DNA from: an uncultured Bifidobacteriaceae bacterium
GTDB lineage: Bacteria > Bacteroidota > Bacteroidia > Chitinophagales > UBA10324
Assembly: GCA_964424455.1 (NCBI GenBank)
Contig: CAYRJA010000003.1
Span: 4,186 to 68,185, forward strand
Reading direction: 5' to 3'
Length of the DNA: 64,000 nucleotides
Shown here: positions 27,774 to 37,768 of the stretch, in pieces
Layout of the letters: each line of letters starts with the position of its first letter
Numbering within the stretch: the first letter of the stretch is position 1
Notes under the pieces: model-generated
Seen by the model: only the letters and a program-made list of their open reading frames with translations
Databases searched by the model: none
Told to the model about the DNA's origin: nothing
Program-made: the position numbers and the translations under genes

Positions 27774-28955
27774 ATGAAAAGGATTTTTGCAGCAACTTTA
27801 TTTTTCACTTGTTTGGTGTTTCAGCCCTTCCATGCTTTGAATCACACAAAGCCGGCTTCAGGGTTTACTATTAAAACCATTGTGATTGATGCCGGCCATG
27901 GCGGACATGATTCCGGCTGCCTTGGCTCTTATGCTAAAGAGAAAGATGTAACACTTTCGATTGCATTAAAAATCGGGAAGCTGATTGAAGAAAAGTATCC
28001 GAATGTAAAAGTCATTTATACGCGTAAGACAGACAAATTTATTGAACTGCATGAGCGTGCCGAAATTGCTAACCGGAACAATGCTGATTTATTTATCAGT
28101 ATTCATTGCAATGCCAATAGCAATAAAGCGGCTTATGGTACAGAAAGTTGGGTGATGGGATTGCATAAATCAGATGCTAATCTGGATGTAGCCAAGCGCG
28201 AGAACTCAGTTATTCTGCTTGAAAATAATTATGCTCAGAACTACGACGGCTTCGACCCCAACTCACCCGAATCTTATATTATGTTTTCGCTGAATCAGAA
28301 TGCGTATCTTAATCAGAGTTTGAATGTAGCTTCAAAAGTGGAAGATGAGTTCAAACGCGATGGACGCACCAGTCGGGGAGTGAAGCAGGCAGGATACTTA
28401 GTGCTATGGAGAACTACTATGCCTGCATTACTTATTGAAGCCGGATTTCTTACCAATGCAAAAGAAGAAAAGTACATGGCTTCAATTGATGGACAGGATA
28501 AAATTGCTCGTTCCATTTTTGATGCTGTTTCCAACTACAAGAATGAGTTAGAAGGAACAAACAAACAGGAAACTGTTACAGTTAAAGAAGTAAAAAAAGA
28601 CTCACCCGAAGTTATTGTTACATCGCCGGAGGTTACGGAAGTGAAAACGGTAAATAAAAAAATAGACCTGCAACCCGAAGTAAAAAAGGAACAAGAAACA
28701 GTAACACCGTCCGGTCAGCTTACATATAAAATTCAGATTGCAGCCGGCGCTCATAAAGCAAGCAGTAATGATGCGAAGTACAAACAATTCAAGGATTTAG
28801 ATTATGAACAAATTAAACAAGGGCTGTACCGCTACTTAGTGGGTAATTACACAGACCTTTCTGAAGCGGAAAGCCGCCTTGAGCAAATTAAGGATATGGG
28901 ATTTAAAAGCGCCTTTATTGCAGCATACAAAAACGGAGTACGAGTACCTAATTAA
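27774..28955 (+). CDS. N-acetylmuramoyl-L-alanine amidase with C-terminal SPOR domain
   Basis: Amidase_3 motifs (VIDAGHGGHDSG, SIHCNA, LIEAGFLTN). C-terminal SPOR-like YKIQIAAG..GLYRYLVGNY..GFKSAFIAAY. The start is set at MKRIFAATLFF (signal peptide) rather than the upstream alternative start of the listed ORF. Confidence 0.85.
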   Translation: MKRIFAATLFFTCLVFQPFHALNHTKPASGFTIKTIVIDAGHGGHDSGCLGSYAKEKDVTLSIALKIGKLIEEKYPNVKVIYTRKTDKFIELHERAEIANRNNADLFISIHCNANSNKAAYGTESWVMGLHKSDANLDVAKRENSVILLENNYAQNYDGFDPNSPESYIMFSLNQNAYLNQSLNVASKVEDEFKRDGRTSRGVKQAGYLVLWRTTMPALLIEAGFLTNAKEEKYMASIDGQDKIARSIFDAVSNYKNELEGTNKQETVTVKEVKKDSPEVIVTSPEVTEVKTVNKKIDLQPEVKKEQETVTPSGQLTYKIQIAAGAHKASSNDAKYKQFKDLDYEQIKQGLYRYLVGNYTDLSEAESRLEQIKDMGFKSAFIAAYKNGVRVPN

Positions 28956-29024
28956 AGCAGCTTGCATTTTTTACTACTCTGAAATATGCTCTATTTTTAC
29001 CCCTGATTTTTAAAATTAACAAGT

Positions 29025-29285
29025 ATGAAAAAGATAATCTCAATAGTTATAGTCTTAATTACTGTAAGTTGCATTTCATGTACCAATACAAATGAAGATT
29101 CCTCACTTAATGAATACTACTCAACCCCAAGTAAGGAAAGAAAGCAGTATTTCAGCCGCGATACTACAAAGTTTGAGGAAGGGGCAGCATATTATCAATG
29201 CCCTGATCATCCTGAAGTAGTTTCAGGAAGAGAGGGGGAATGTCCTAAGTGTGGTTCAGAGTTGGAGATACATGAGAAGCAATAA
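29025..29285 (+). CDS. small lipoprotein with heavy-metal-binding-domain-like CxxH..CPxCG motif
   Basis: 86 aa. Lipobox (LITVSCISC). C-terminal YYQCPDHPEVVSGREGECPKCGSELE resembles the YTCPMHPE..CPxCGM motif found at the N-termini of metal efflux components. Confidence 0.55.
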   Translation: MKKIISIVIVLITVSCISCTNTNEDSSLNEYYSTPSKERKQYFSRDTTKFEEGAAYYQCPDHPEVVSGREGECPKCGSELEIHEKQ

Positions 29286-29336
29286 AATGACTTGTCTTTT
29301 AAGCCCTTTTACAAAAAATTAAACTAAAAAAATTTA

Positions 29337-29344
29337 TACTTTTG
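29337..29344 (+). promoter_or_regulatory. Bacteroidota -7 box (TAnnTTTG) upstream of rny
   Basis: TACTTTTG at 29337-29344, about 90 nt upstream of the rny ATG. Confidence 0.35.
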
Positions 29345-29435
29345 CTCACTACGCAAAATGAATCCTCTGGTATAATAGGGATTAATCAGAAAGCGTTGAT
29401 CAATTTTATGAAGCACAACGAAAAACTAACATTTC

Positions 29436-31010
29436 ATGGAAATCCAAACTTTTTATATAGCATTAGCTATAAGTGTAATTGTAGCCCTCATTGCAGGGCT
29501 GGTGGTTGGCAGAATTATCTTTGCTAAATCATCTAAGAAAGAAAAAGAGCTTGCAGAAAAAAAAGCAGCAACAATTTTAGAAGAAGCTAAAGCCCATGCA
29601 GAAAATTTAAAAAAAGACAAACTGCTTGAAGCAAAAGAAAAAATTATTCAACAGCGTGCTGAACATGATAAAGAAATCATTCAGCGAACCCGTAATGTAG
29701 AGCAGGGAGAACAACGTATTAAGCAAAAGGAGCAATCACTTAACCACCAGCGCGAAAACCTTCAGCGCAAGGAACAGGAAACCGAAGCACTTAAACAAAA
29801 TCTTACTCAACAAACGGAGTTAATACACAAGCGTAAGTCAGATTTAGATAAAGCGCAGGAAGAACACATAAAAAAATTAGAAACGGTTGCAAAACTTACA
29901 GCCGAAGAAGCAAAAGTGCAGTTGATAGAATCGCTTAAAGGAACTGCACGGACAGAAGCAATGGCTTATGTAAAAGAAATTATGGATGAAGCCAAGCTGA
30001 AAGCAAATAAGGAGGCGAAAAAAGTAATTATTCAAACAATACAACGCACGGCTGCTGAACATGCAGTTGAAAATACCGTGTCCGTATTTCATATTGACAG
30101 CGATGATATTAAAGGTCAGATTATCGGACGCGAAGGACGAAATATTCGTTCTCTGGAAGCGGCGACAGGAGTAGAGTTGATAGTAGATGACACCCCCGAA
30201 GCTGTAGTGATTTCCGGTTTCGATCCGGTTCGTCGTGAAATAGCCCGGCTGTCATTACAACGATTGGTTACTGATGGACGTATTCATCCGGCTCGTATTG
30301 AAGAAGTGGTGGAGAAAACCAAAAAGCAACTGGAAGACCAAATCATGGAAATCGGAGAGCGCACAGTAATAGAACTCGGTATTCATGGAATGCACCGCGA
30401 ACTGATTCGTATGGTAGGCCGCATGAGGTTTCGTTCTTCTTACGGTCAAAATCTGTTGCAGCACTCGAAAGAAACAGCCAATCTATGTGCAATAATGGCT
30501 GCTGAATTAGGGATTAGTCCTAAAACAGCAAAGCGGGCAGGACTGTTACACGACATTGGAAAAGTTCCAGACGAAGAAAGTGAGTTGAGTCATGCACTGC
30601 TCGGCATGAAGCTCGCAGAAAAATACGGTGAACAGGCAGCAATCTGTAACGCCATTGGCGCTCATCACGATGAAGTTGAAATGCAATATGTGATCTCTCC
30701 CATCATTCAGGCATGTGATGCCATTTCGGGTGCTCGCCCCGGCGCCCGGCGCGAAATGACGGAGAGCTATCTGAAACGATTGAAAGATCTGGAAGCGCTG
30801 GCAATCAGTTACGACGGTGTAGAGAAAGCTTATGCCATTCAGGCAGGTCGTGAACTTCGCGTAATTGTGGAAGCAGATAAAGTCAGTGATAAACAATCGG
30901 AAGACATGTCATTTCAAATGGCACAAAAGATTCAGGAAGAGATGACTTATCCCGGTCAGGTAAAAGTAACAGTGATTCGCGAGAAGCGGGCAGTGAATTT
31001 TGCTAAATAA
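29436..31010 (+). CDS. rny: ribonuclease Y
   Basis: 524 aa. N-terminal TM anchor, long coiled-coil, KH domain ([12 protein letters not shown]), HD domain (LLHDIGK .. GAHHDE). Confidence 0.95.
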   Translation: MEIQTFYIALAISVIVALIAGLVVGRIIFAKSSKKEKELAEKKAATILEEAKAHAENLKKDKLLEAKEKIIQQRAEHDKEIIQRTRNVEQGEQRIKQKEQSLNHQRENLQRKEQETEALKQNLTQQTELIHKRKSDLDKAQEEHIKKLETVAKLTAEEAKVQLIESLKGTARTEAMAYVKEIMDEAKLKANKEAKKVIIQTIQRTAAEHAVENTVSVFHIDSDDIKGQIIGREGRNIRSLEAATGVELIVDDTPEAVVISGFDPVRREIARLSLQRLVTDGRIHPARIEEVVEKTKKQLEDQIMEIGERTVIELGIHGMHRELIRMVGRMRFRSSYGQNLLQHSKETANLCAIMAAELGISPKTAKRAGLLHDIGKVPDEESELSHALLGMKLAEKYGEQAAICNAIGAHHDEVEMQYVISPIIQACDAISGARPGARREMTESYLKRLKDLEALAISYDGVEKAYAIQAGRELRVIVEADKVSDKQSEDMSFQMAQKIQEEMTYPGQVKVTVIREKRAVNFAK

Positions 31011-31152
31011 GATATGCTGTGTGCAAGAGCAGATGAATAACCGATAATATAAAGCAGCGAAAAACAGTGTTAAAATGTCTTTAAAAAATGAGTATTTAAT
31101 TTACTTTTACGCTTCATTTTAAAAACCAATCTGGAAGGTTAAATTTATTTTA

Positions 31153-33756
31153 ATGAGTTCAGCAAAAAGTTTCGTTATTCTAATCCTCATTCTGTTTGCC
31201 TTTATGTCCAATGGACAGGTAATATGGCAAGATAATTTTAATAATGGTTGTGCAGGAAAGGGAGCATGTTCTTATTTAAGCAATACACCCTATAATAACT
31301 GGACAGTAAAAAACGGGACTACTCATAATGCAGCGCAGGGAAATGAATGGTATGTCAGTTCTTCAGAATCCGGCGGGATTGCAGCAGGAACTTGCGGAAT
31401 GAAAGATGGCACTGATGGCACTTTACATATTGCTAATGTTCCCAACTCCCCGCTTGCTTCATTGGTATGTTCGAGTGGAGATTGTGGAGCCGCTTACGAT
31501 GGAGGATATAATCTCTCTGGAAATGTAACAACAGATACCCGCGCTGTAACACCATTAATTAATTGCACAGGATATAACGGAACCATTTCTGTATCCTTTC
31601 TCTATATGGAGGACGGACAAGGCGATATAGATAATTTTACCCTTGACTACTCACCTGATGGTGGAGTAACCTGGTCCCAATTAGCTAATCCCACAAAAAC
31701 GGTTAGTACAGGTTGCGGATCAGGTGAAAGCCAGTGGACAGCATTTACCATTCCTCTGCCGGCTTCAGCAAAGGGTAATCCAAATGTTAAGATTGGATTT
31801 CGTTGGGTTAATGATAATGATGCTGTAGGGTCAGATCCATCAGTTGCAATTGATAATGTAGTGGTTTGTCAGGAATCTATCGCAGCGGATTTTACGGCCT
31901 CAGCTACTACTATTTGTATAGGCGACAATGTTAATTTTACTGACAATACTCACTCCGGATGCGGTACAGTAAAAATATACGCGTGGACTTTTCAGGGTGG
32001 AAATCCAGCAAGCTATATCGGACAAACACCCCCTCCGGTAACTTACAGCACAGCAGGAAGCTATAATGTGCAATTATTTGTTCAAGATGATCATAACAAC
32101 AGCAACACACTGTCACGGGTTGCTTATGTAAATGTTCAGGCATGTAATCCGCTATCTGTTGATTTTACAGGGGCACCAAGCAGTGTTTGTGAAAACGAGT
32201 GTGTTGATTTTAATGCTATTGTCAGTGGCGGAAAAACACCATATACTTATGCATGGTCGTTTCAGGGAGGTAACCCTGCTTCGGCGGCTATTGCCCAACC
32301 ACAATCGTGCTATGCTACGGCAGGCAGTTATACTGTTCAGTTAACTGTAACAGATGCTTCCGGCAGTACTGCTTCCAAATCCATTCCTCAATACATTACT
32401 GTTACAAAATGCGGGGCAGTCCCCGTCATTGATTTTTCAGCAAATAAAACAACCATTTGTTCCGGCGAATGTGTGCAGTTTACGGATTTATCCACTAATA
32501 ACCCAACATCATGGAATTGGAGTATTAATCCCGGCTCAGGTGTAACACCACCTAATCCGCAGACACAAAACCCGAGTGTTTGCTTCAGCACTCCGGGTGT
32601 TTATGATGTTACACTTCAGGCATCTAATACCATAGGAGCGGGCACAGCCCGGACAAAAACTGCTTACATCACCGTGCAAAGCTGTGCCGCGCCGTTAGTA
32701 ACTGATTTTAGTGTGGATCCAGGTCTTTATTTATGTACAGGCGATTGTGCCACTTTTACTGATTTAAGCACGAGTGGCTCTACCATTGATACATGGTTAT
32801 GGACTTTTAACGGAGGCACCATTGCCGGTACTACCAGCAACACTTATCTGGGAAAAACACCGCCTCAGGTATGTTACGACACTCCGGGAAGTTATTCAGT
32901 TAAACTTTATTGTCATGATGAGAGTAATAATTCACAGACGAAACAGGAATTCATCACAGTAACAAACTGTACGGGAATTAATCCTAAAGGCGCTGCATCA
33001 GACTCGGTGATTTGTACAGGCAGTTGTGTTTCGTTTACCGATTTAAGCACTACAACTACAGGAGATGCAATCGTTGGATGGGAATGGACTTTTAACGGAG
33101 CAGACCCACCTAAATCAACTGTACAAAACCCTTCAATGGTATGCTATCCGACAGGTGGTGTTTATCCGATATCACTAAAAGTTTACACGGCTTCAGATGT
33201 TGATTCGTCAACACTTCCGTTTACAATAATGGTGAATGACCCGGTACCGGTGAAAACAAACTTTGATGCTGTTACAGTTGTTCAGGGAAACAGCCAGTCA
33301 ATTGTTGCATCGGGAGGCGTATCCTATACCTGGACAGACTCACCTTCCGGCACCCTTAATTACTATAGCGGGTCAAGTGTGCTTGCTCATCCGCAGGACA
33401 CCACTTCATATACAGTGACAATGACGGATGCTACAGGATGTACTTCTACAAAAACAGTAGTTATTAATGTAATTCCGCCGAATTTAGTCTGGGCTCCTAA
33501 TGCATTTGCCCCGGGCGGGCTACCGGAGAATAAGATTTTCAGAGTATTTACCTCTGGCTTGTTAAGTACAATAGAGCTAAGGATTTTTGATCGTTGGGGC
33601 GAGTTACTTTTCTCCACAACCGATCCTAATGGCTTTTGGGATGGTACTTTCAAAGGAGTGAATGTAAACTCCGGAGTTTATGTTTACTATTATAAAGTTG
33701 TTTTTCAGGATGGAACTGAGGTGAAGCAATCGGGCGATGTAACATTGCTTCGATAA
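31153..33756 (+). CDS. multi-PKD-domain surface protein with gliding-motility-associated (type-B T9SS) C-terminal domain
   Basis: Signal peptide. At least 5 PKD-like modules (recurrent F..D.S....W.W.F.GG.P). C-terminal APNAFAPGG..FDRWGELLF..WDGTFKG..SGVYVYYY. Confidence 0.85.
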   Translation: MSSAKSFVILILILFAFMSNGQVIWQDNFNNGCAGKGACSYLSNTPYNNWTVKNGTTHNAAQGNEWYVSSSESGGIAAGTCGMKDGTDGTLHIANVPNSPLASLVCSSGDCGAAYDGGYNLSGNVTTDTRAVTPLINCTGYNGTISVSFLYMEDGQGDIDNFTLDYSPDGGVTWSQLANPTKTVSTGCGSGESQWTAFTIPLPASAKGNPNVKIGFRWVNDNDAVGSDPSVAIDNVVVCQESIAADFTASATTICIGDNVNFTDNTHSGCGTVKIYAWTFQGGNPASYIGQTPPPVTYSTAGSYNVQLFVQDDHNNSNTLSRVAYVNVQACNPLSVDFTGAPSSVCENECVDFNAIVSGGKTPYTYAWSFQGGNPASAAIAQPQSCYATAGSYTVQLTVTDASGSTASKSIPQYITVTKCGAVPVIDFSANKTTICSGECVQFTDLSTNNPTSWNWSINPGSGVTPPNPQTQNPSVCFSTPGVYDVTLQASNTIGAGTARTKTAYITVQSCAAPLVTDFSVDPGLYLCTGDCATFTDLSTSGSTIDTWLWTFNGGTIAGTTSNTYLGKTPPQVCYDTPGSYSVKLYCHDESNNSQTKQEFITVTNCTGINPKGAASDSVICTGSCVSFTDLSTTTTGDAIVGWEWTFNGADPPKSTVQNPSMVCYPTGGVYPISLKVYTASDVDSSTLPFTIMVNDPVPVKTNFDAVTVVQGNSQSIVASGGVSYTWTDSPSGTLNYYSGSSVLAHPQDTTSYTVTMTDATGCTSTKTVVINVIPPNLVWAPNAFAPGGLPENKIFRVFTSGLLSTIELRIFDRWGELLFSTTDPNGFWDGTFKGVNVNSGVYVYYYKVVFQDGTEVKQSGDVTLLR

Positions 33757-33803
33757 TTTTTCTATAATTCATTAATCTGCTATTAATGGCAGACAAATAT
33801 TTT

Positions 33804-33811
33804 TATTTTTG
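33804..33811 (+). promoter_or_regulatory. -7 box (TAnnTTTG) upstream of the Gfo/Idh/MocA gene
   Basis: TATTTTTG at 33804-33811, 24 nt upstream of the ATG at 33835. Confidence 0.4.
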
Positions 33812-33834
33812 GCGCGTATTCGCAAAATTTTATC

Positions 33835-34848
33835 ATGATTATTCGCTTTGGAATTATTGGATGCGGTTATATTGGTAATCGTCATGCAAAACATATTACT
33901 GAACATCCAGAGGCAAAACTTGTAATTGCTTATGATATTGATTCCGGAATCTCTAAAGACTTTGCCAATAATTATAAAATAGAACAAGCTAAGTCGTTAG
34001 ATGATTTATTGAAAAATCCGGATGTAGATATTGTATCTGTTTGTACTCCTAACGGAAATCATTTTCAATCGGCGCTGGCAGTACTTGAAGCCCGAAAGCA
34101 TGTAATTGTAGAAAAACCAATGACACTCAAAAGTGAACATGCGGAGCAATTAATTAATGCGGCGCTTAATAATAACAAACAGTTATTCGTAGTAAAACAA
34201 AACCGATTTAATCCTCCTGTACAGGCAGTAAAGAAGATATTGGATGATGGGAAGCTTGGTAAAATATATTATGTAGTAATAAACTGTTACTGGAACCGGA
34301 ATAAAGAATATTACGAGAGTTCAAAGTGGAAAGGAACAAAAGAGATGGATGGCGGAACATTGTTCACACAGTTCTCTCACTTTGTTGATATTTCCTATTA
34401 CTTGTTTGGAGATGTGGAAAATATCAGCGGTATTATAAAAAACACGGCACATGACGGGCTGATAGAGTTTGAAGATACGGGGTCATTTACTTACAATTAT
34501 TTGAATGGAGCTTTAGGAAGTCTGAATTATACTACGACATCCTTTGAACAAAACATGGAAGGTTCTCTCACCGTGTTTGCAGAAAATGCAACAATCAAAA
34601 TTGGGGGTAAATATCTAAACGCCCTTGAATACCAAAAAACTGATGGATTTGACATTGTTGATTTACCTCAATCCGGTCCTGCCAATGACTATGGATTCTA
34701 TCAAGGCAGCATGAGTAATCACAATAAGATGATTGCAAATGTGATAGATGTGCTTAATGGAAAAAGTCAAGTCATGACCAAAGCGCATGACGGAATGAAG
34801 GTAGTGGATATTATAGAACGGATGTATAAATCCGCAAAACGTATGTAA
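33835..34848 (+). CDS. Gfo/Idh/MocA-family NAD-dependent sugar oxidoreductase (WbpB-like)
   Basis: 337 aa. N-terminal Rossmann fold FGIIGCGYIGNRHA, and EKP motif (VIVEKPM). Confidence 0.8.
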   Translation: MIIRFGIIGCGYIGNRHAKHITEHPEAKLVIAYDIDSGISKDFANNYKIEQAKSLDDLLKNPDVDIVSVCTPNGNHFQSALAVLEARKHVIVEKPMTLKSEHAEQLINAALNNNKQLFVVKQNRFNPPVQAVKKILDDGKLGKIYYVVINCYWNRNKEYYESSKWKGTKEMDGGTLFTQFSHFVDISYYLFGDVENISGIIKNTAHDGLIEFEDTGSFTYNYLNGALGSLNYTTTSFEQNMEGSLTVFAENATIKIGGKYLNALEYQKTDGFDIVDLPQSGPANDYGFYQGSMSNHNKMIANVIDVLNGKSQVMTKAHDGMKVVDIIERMYKSAKRM

Positions 34849-34850
34849 AA

Positions 34851-35621
34851 TTGAAAGAAGTTATTTTCCTTGGTGCAAAGCAAATAGGTTATTATAGTCT
34901 GGAATTTTTACTTAAAAACAGAAATCAGTTTGATATAACAATTTGTGCTGCAATCCCGGGAAGAAAGATAGGTACCGGTCAACAATATGATATCGGGAAT
35001 TTATGCAAACAATATAATGTACCTGTTATCGAATCGCTTGAAGAATTATCCAATCATCATCCGGTAGATTTTCTTATCTCTGTTCAGTATAATCGTATTT
35101 TAAAAAAACAGCATATTGAGAAGGCAAAAGAGTTGGCTGTTAATCTTCACATGGCACCACTGCCTGAATACCGCGGATGCAACCAGTTCTCTTATGCTAT
35201 TATTGATGGTAAGAAAGAATTTGGCACAACACTCCATGTATTAGATGAGTCCATTGATGGCGGGGATATTTTATTTGAGAGAAGATTTCCTATACCGGAA
35301 AATTCCTATGCACGGGATCTGTTTAAGAAGACAGATGAGGAGTCATTGACTCTTTTTAAAGAATGTGTTCCACTGCTGTTACAGGGAAAATATAAACGCA
35401 TTCCCCAGCAAAGATTGGTTGCTGACAGAGGAACCTCCCTTCATTTCAGAAACGAAATTGAAAATCTGAAACAGATAGATCTTTCATGGACTCTTGAAAA
35501 AATTCAGAAACACATTCGGGCTACCGAGTTTCCGCCTTTTGATCCTCCTTATACAATCATTAATGGAATAAAAAAAGTTGTTTCACTGAATGATGAAGGG
35601 CAGTATCAATTATTAAATTAA
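34851..35621 (+). CDS. formyltransferase-family protein
   Basis: 256 aa, TTG start. NLHMAPLPEYRGCN (the HxSLLPxxRG-type motif) and DESIDGGDIL. Confidence 0.75.
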   Translation: MKEVIFLGAKQIGYYSLEFLLKNRNQFDITICAAIPGRKIGTGQQYDIGNLCKQYNVPVIESLEELSNHHPVDFLISVQYNRILKKQHIEKAKELAVNLHMAPLPEYRGCNQFSYAIIDGKKEFGTTLHVLDESIDGGDILFERRFPIPENSYARDLFKKTDEESLTLFKECVPLLLQGKYKRIPQQRLVADRGTSLHFRNEIENLKQIDLSWTLEKIQKHIRATEFPPFDPPYTIINGIKKVVSLNDEGQYQLLN

Positions 35622-35632
35622 ATTAAACTGTA

Positions 35633-35878
35633 GTGAAGGTTCTGATTCTTTGTAATGATTTCTCTCCTCTAAATGCTATCATCACTCAGTGTTCATACAG
35701 TTGGTTTCATCAATTGAAAGAACTGTTAGATGTATCAGTTACTGTGAATGAATTTGATACGGCATTTTACACAATGGAAAGACAGACTAAAACTCTGTCA
35801 GAAATTCTATGGGCAAACTTAAATCTTCCGGCTAAAAACTTTACAGTACTTTTACTGCGAACATTATGTGCGGCATAG
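35633..35878 (+). pseudogene. short ORF resembling only the N-terminus of a GT4-type glycosyltransferase; probable gene remnant
   Basis: 81 aa. MKVLILCNDFSPLNAI..SWFHQLKE looks like a glycosyltransferase N-terminus, but the rest is missing. The 3' end overlaps the asnB start by 13 nt. Confidence 0.3.
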
Positions 35879-37710
35879 CAGGATACTACTCTCCACAACA
35901 ATCATTTACAGAACAGGATTTAAAACGAATGACGGATTCCATCAGTCACCGGGGACCTGATGCGGAAGGCTTTTTCTCAGACCGCATTGTAGGATTAGGT
36001 CATCGCCGGCTGAGTATTATTGATTTATCCACTGCTGCAAATCAACCCATGTTTACTTCAGACGGCAGATACAGTATTATTTTCAACGGAGAAATTTTCA
36101 ATTACCGTGAGTTGGCAGTTGATGTTAAACAACCATTGAAAACACATTCTGATACAGAAGTAATCATGAATCTGATTGCTGAGAAAGGTCCTGAAGTAGT
36201 GAATACTTTTAACGGAATGTTTGCCATTGCATTTTATGACAGAGTAAAGGGAGAGTTGCTTCTGTTTCGTGATCGGCTGGGGATAAAGCCGTTGTTTTAT
36301 TACCAGAATGATATAGACATTGTTTTTGCTTCCGAGATAAAAGCATTGAGAGCAATAGAAAAGATTTCTTCAGCAGCACAAATCAATCCGACAGCGATTG
36401 CCCAGTTTATGCATATCGGATACATTGCTGAACCTCGAACTATTTACTCCAACATATTCAAATTTCCGGCAGGCGCTTATGCAAGTATCACATCTTCAGG
36501 AATGGAGATAAAACATTTCTGGAAGAATGAAGAACAAATACAACCTGAAACTGTAACGGATTTACAAACCGCAAAAGCAACATTCCGTTCGCTGATGCAA
36601 AATGCAGTTGAACTGCGAATGATAAGTGATGTACCATTCGGTACATTTCTGAGTGGAGGTATTGACTCCAGTATTGTTACAGCTTTAGCTCAAACGGTTT
36701 CTGTAGATCCGGTTAAAACATTCTCCATCGGATTTAAGGAATCAAAGTTTAATGAGAGTGAATATGCAAAAAATGTTTCCCGCCATCTTCATACAGAGCA
36801 TTACGAATTTATTGTAACCTATAAGGAAGCCATTGATTTGGCTTATACGATTATTGATGTATATGATGAACCATTCGCTGATCCGTCAGCTATACCTACA
36901 ATGATTGTTTCAAAACTCGCACGTCAATATGTTACAATGACATTATCGGGAGACGGTGGTGATGAGTTGTTTCATGGATATGGAATGTACACATGGGCAA
37001 AACGATTGAGTAACCCGCTGATTAGCGCTGCAAGGAAACCCGCAGCGTTATTGCTTTCAACTTTACCACATAGGTATAAGAGAGCGGGATTCGTTCTGAA
37101 TTATCCTTCCAAAGAAAGAATCAGAAACCATATTTTTTCTCAGGAGCAATACTTCTTTAGTGAAAAGGAAATAGAAAGTTTATTAGTAAAAAAACCGAAC
37201 ACAAATTATTTTTTGAATGAGAATATGGGAGCGCTGAAGCGAAAACTTTCAGCTAAAGAAGAACAGGCGTTATTTGATATTAACCATTATTTAAAAGATG
37301 ATTTACTGGTTAAGGTGGATCGTGCAAGCATGAAATATTCTCTTGAAACAAGAACTCCCTTTCTTGATTACCGTGTGGTTTCGTTTGCACTCAATCTGTC
37401 AGAAAATTTGAAAATAAAAAATGGAGTGTCAAAGTATTTACTTAAAGAAGTGCTCTATGATTTAGTGCCTAAAGAATATTTCAATCGCCCTAAGTGGGGT
37501 TTTTCAATTCCATTGAGTTCGTGGCTGACGAATGAACTAAAACCATTACTTGAAGAAACGCTTAATGAAAAAACGGTTGACGAGTTTGGAATTGTTGATG
37601 CAAAGAAAGTTTCAGAACTAAAAAGAAGATTTCTGAATGGTGAAAAATACCTTTTCAACCGGATGTGGAATCTAATCATTCTACACCAGTGGTTAAAGAA
37701 AAATAAGTAA
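35866..37710 (+). CDS. asnB: asparagine synthase (glutamine-hydrolysing)
   Basis: 614 aa. Starts MCGIAGYY (Ntn Cys2). SGGIDSS PP-loop motif. Confidence 0.9.
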   Translation: MCGIAGYYSPQQSFTEQDLKRMTDSISHRGPDAEGFFSDRIVGLGHRRLSIIDLSTAANQPMFTSDGRYSIIFNGEIFNYRELAVDVKQPLKTHSDTEVIMNLIAEKGPEVVNTFNGMFAIAFYDRVKGELLLFRDRLGIKPLFYYQNDIDIVFASEIKALRAIEKISSAAQINPTAIAQFMHIGYIAEPRTIYSNIFKFPAGAYASITSSGMEIKHFWKNEEQIQPETVTDLQTAKATFRSLMQNAVELRMISDVPFGTFLSGGIDSSIVTALAQTVSVDPVKTFSIGFKESKFNESEYAKNVSRHLHTEHYEFIVTYKEAIDLAYTIIDVYDEPFADPSAIPTMIVSKLARQYVTMTLSGDGGDELFHGYGMYTWAKRLSNPLISAARKPAALLLSTLPHRYKRAGFVLNYPSKERIRNHIFSQEQYFFSEKEIESLLVKKPNTNYFLNENMGALKRKLSAKEEQALFDINHYLKDDLLVKVDRASMKYSLETRTPFLDYRVVSFALNLSENLKIKNGVSKYLLKEVLYDLVPKEYFNRPKWGFSIPLSSWLTNELKPLLEETLNEKTVDEFGIVDAKKVSELKRRFLNGEKYLFNRMWNLIILHQWLKKNK

Positions 37711-37749
37711 ATCGGCAGAAAAGATTTCCAACCTTTCATCATCTATTCC

Positions 37750-37757
37750 TACATTTG
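37750..37757 (+). promoter_or_regulatory. -7 box (TAnnTTTG) upstream of the GGGP-synthase-family gene
   Basis: TACATTTG at 37750-37757, 12 nt before the ATG at 37769. Confidence 0.4.
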
Positions 37758-37768
37758 TTCACACGCGA

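Noticed and set aside
31900-33300. Repeated DNA segments inside the 867-aa gene (for example the two ..TFQGGNPAS.. stretches), considered as possible mobile or tandem repeats.
   Set aside because: They correspond to successive PKD protein modules with diverged sequence, so this is ordinary domain repetition.
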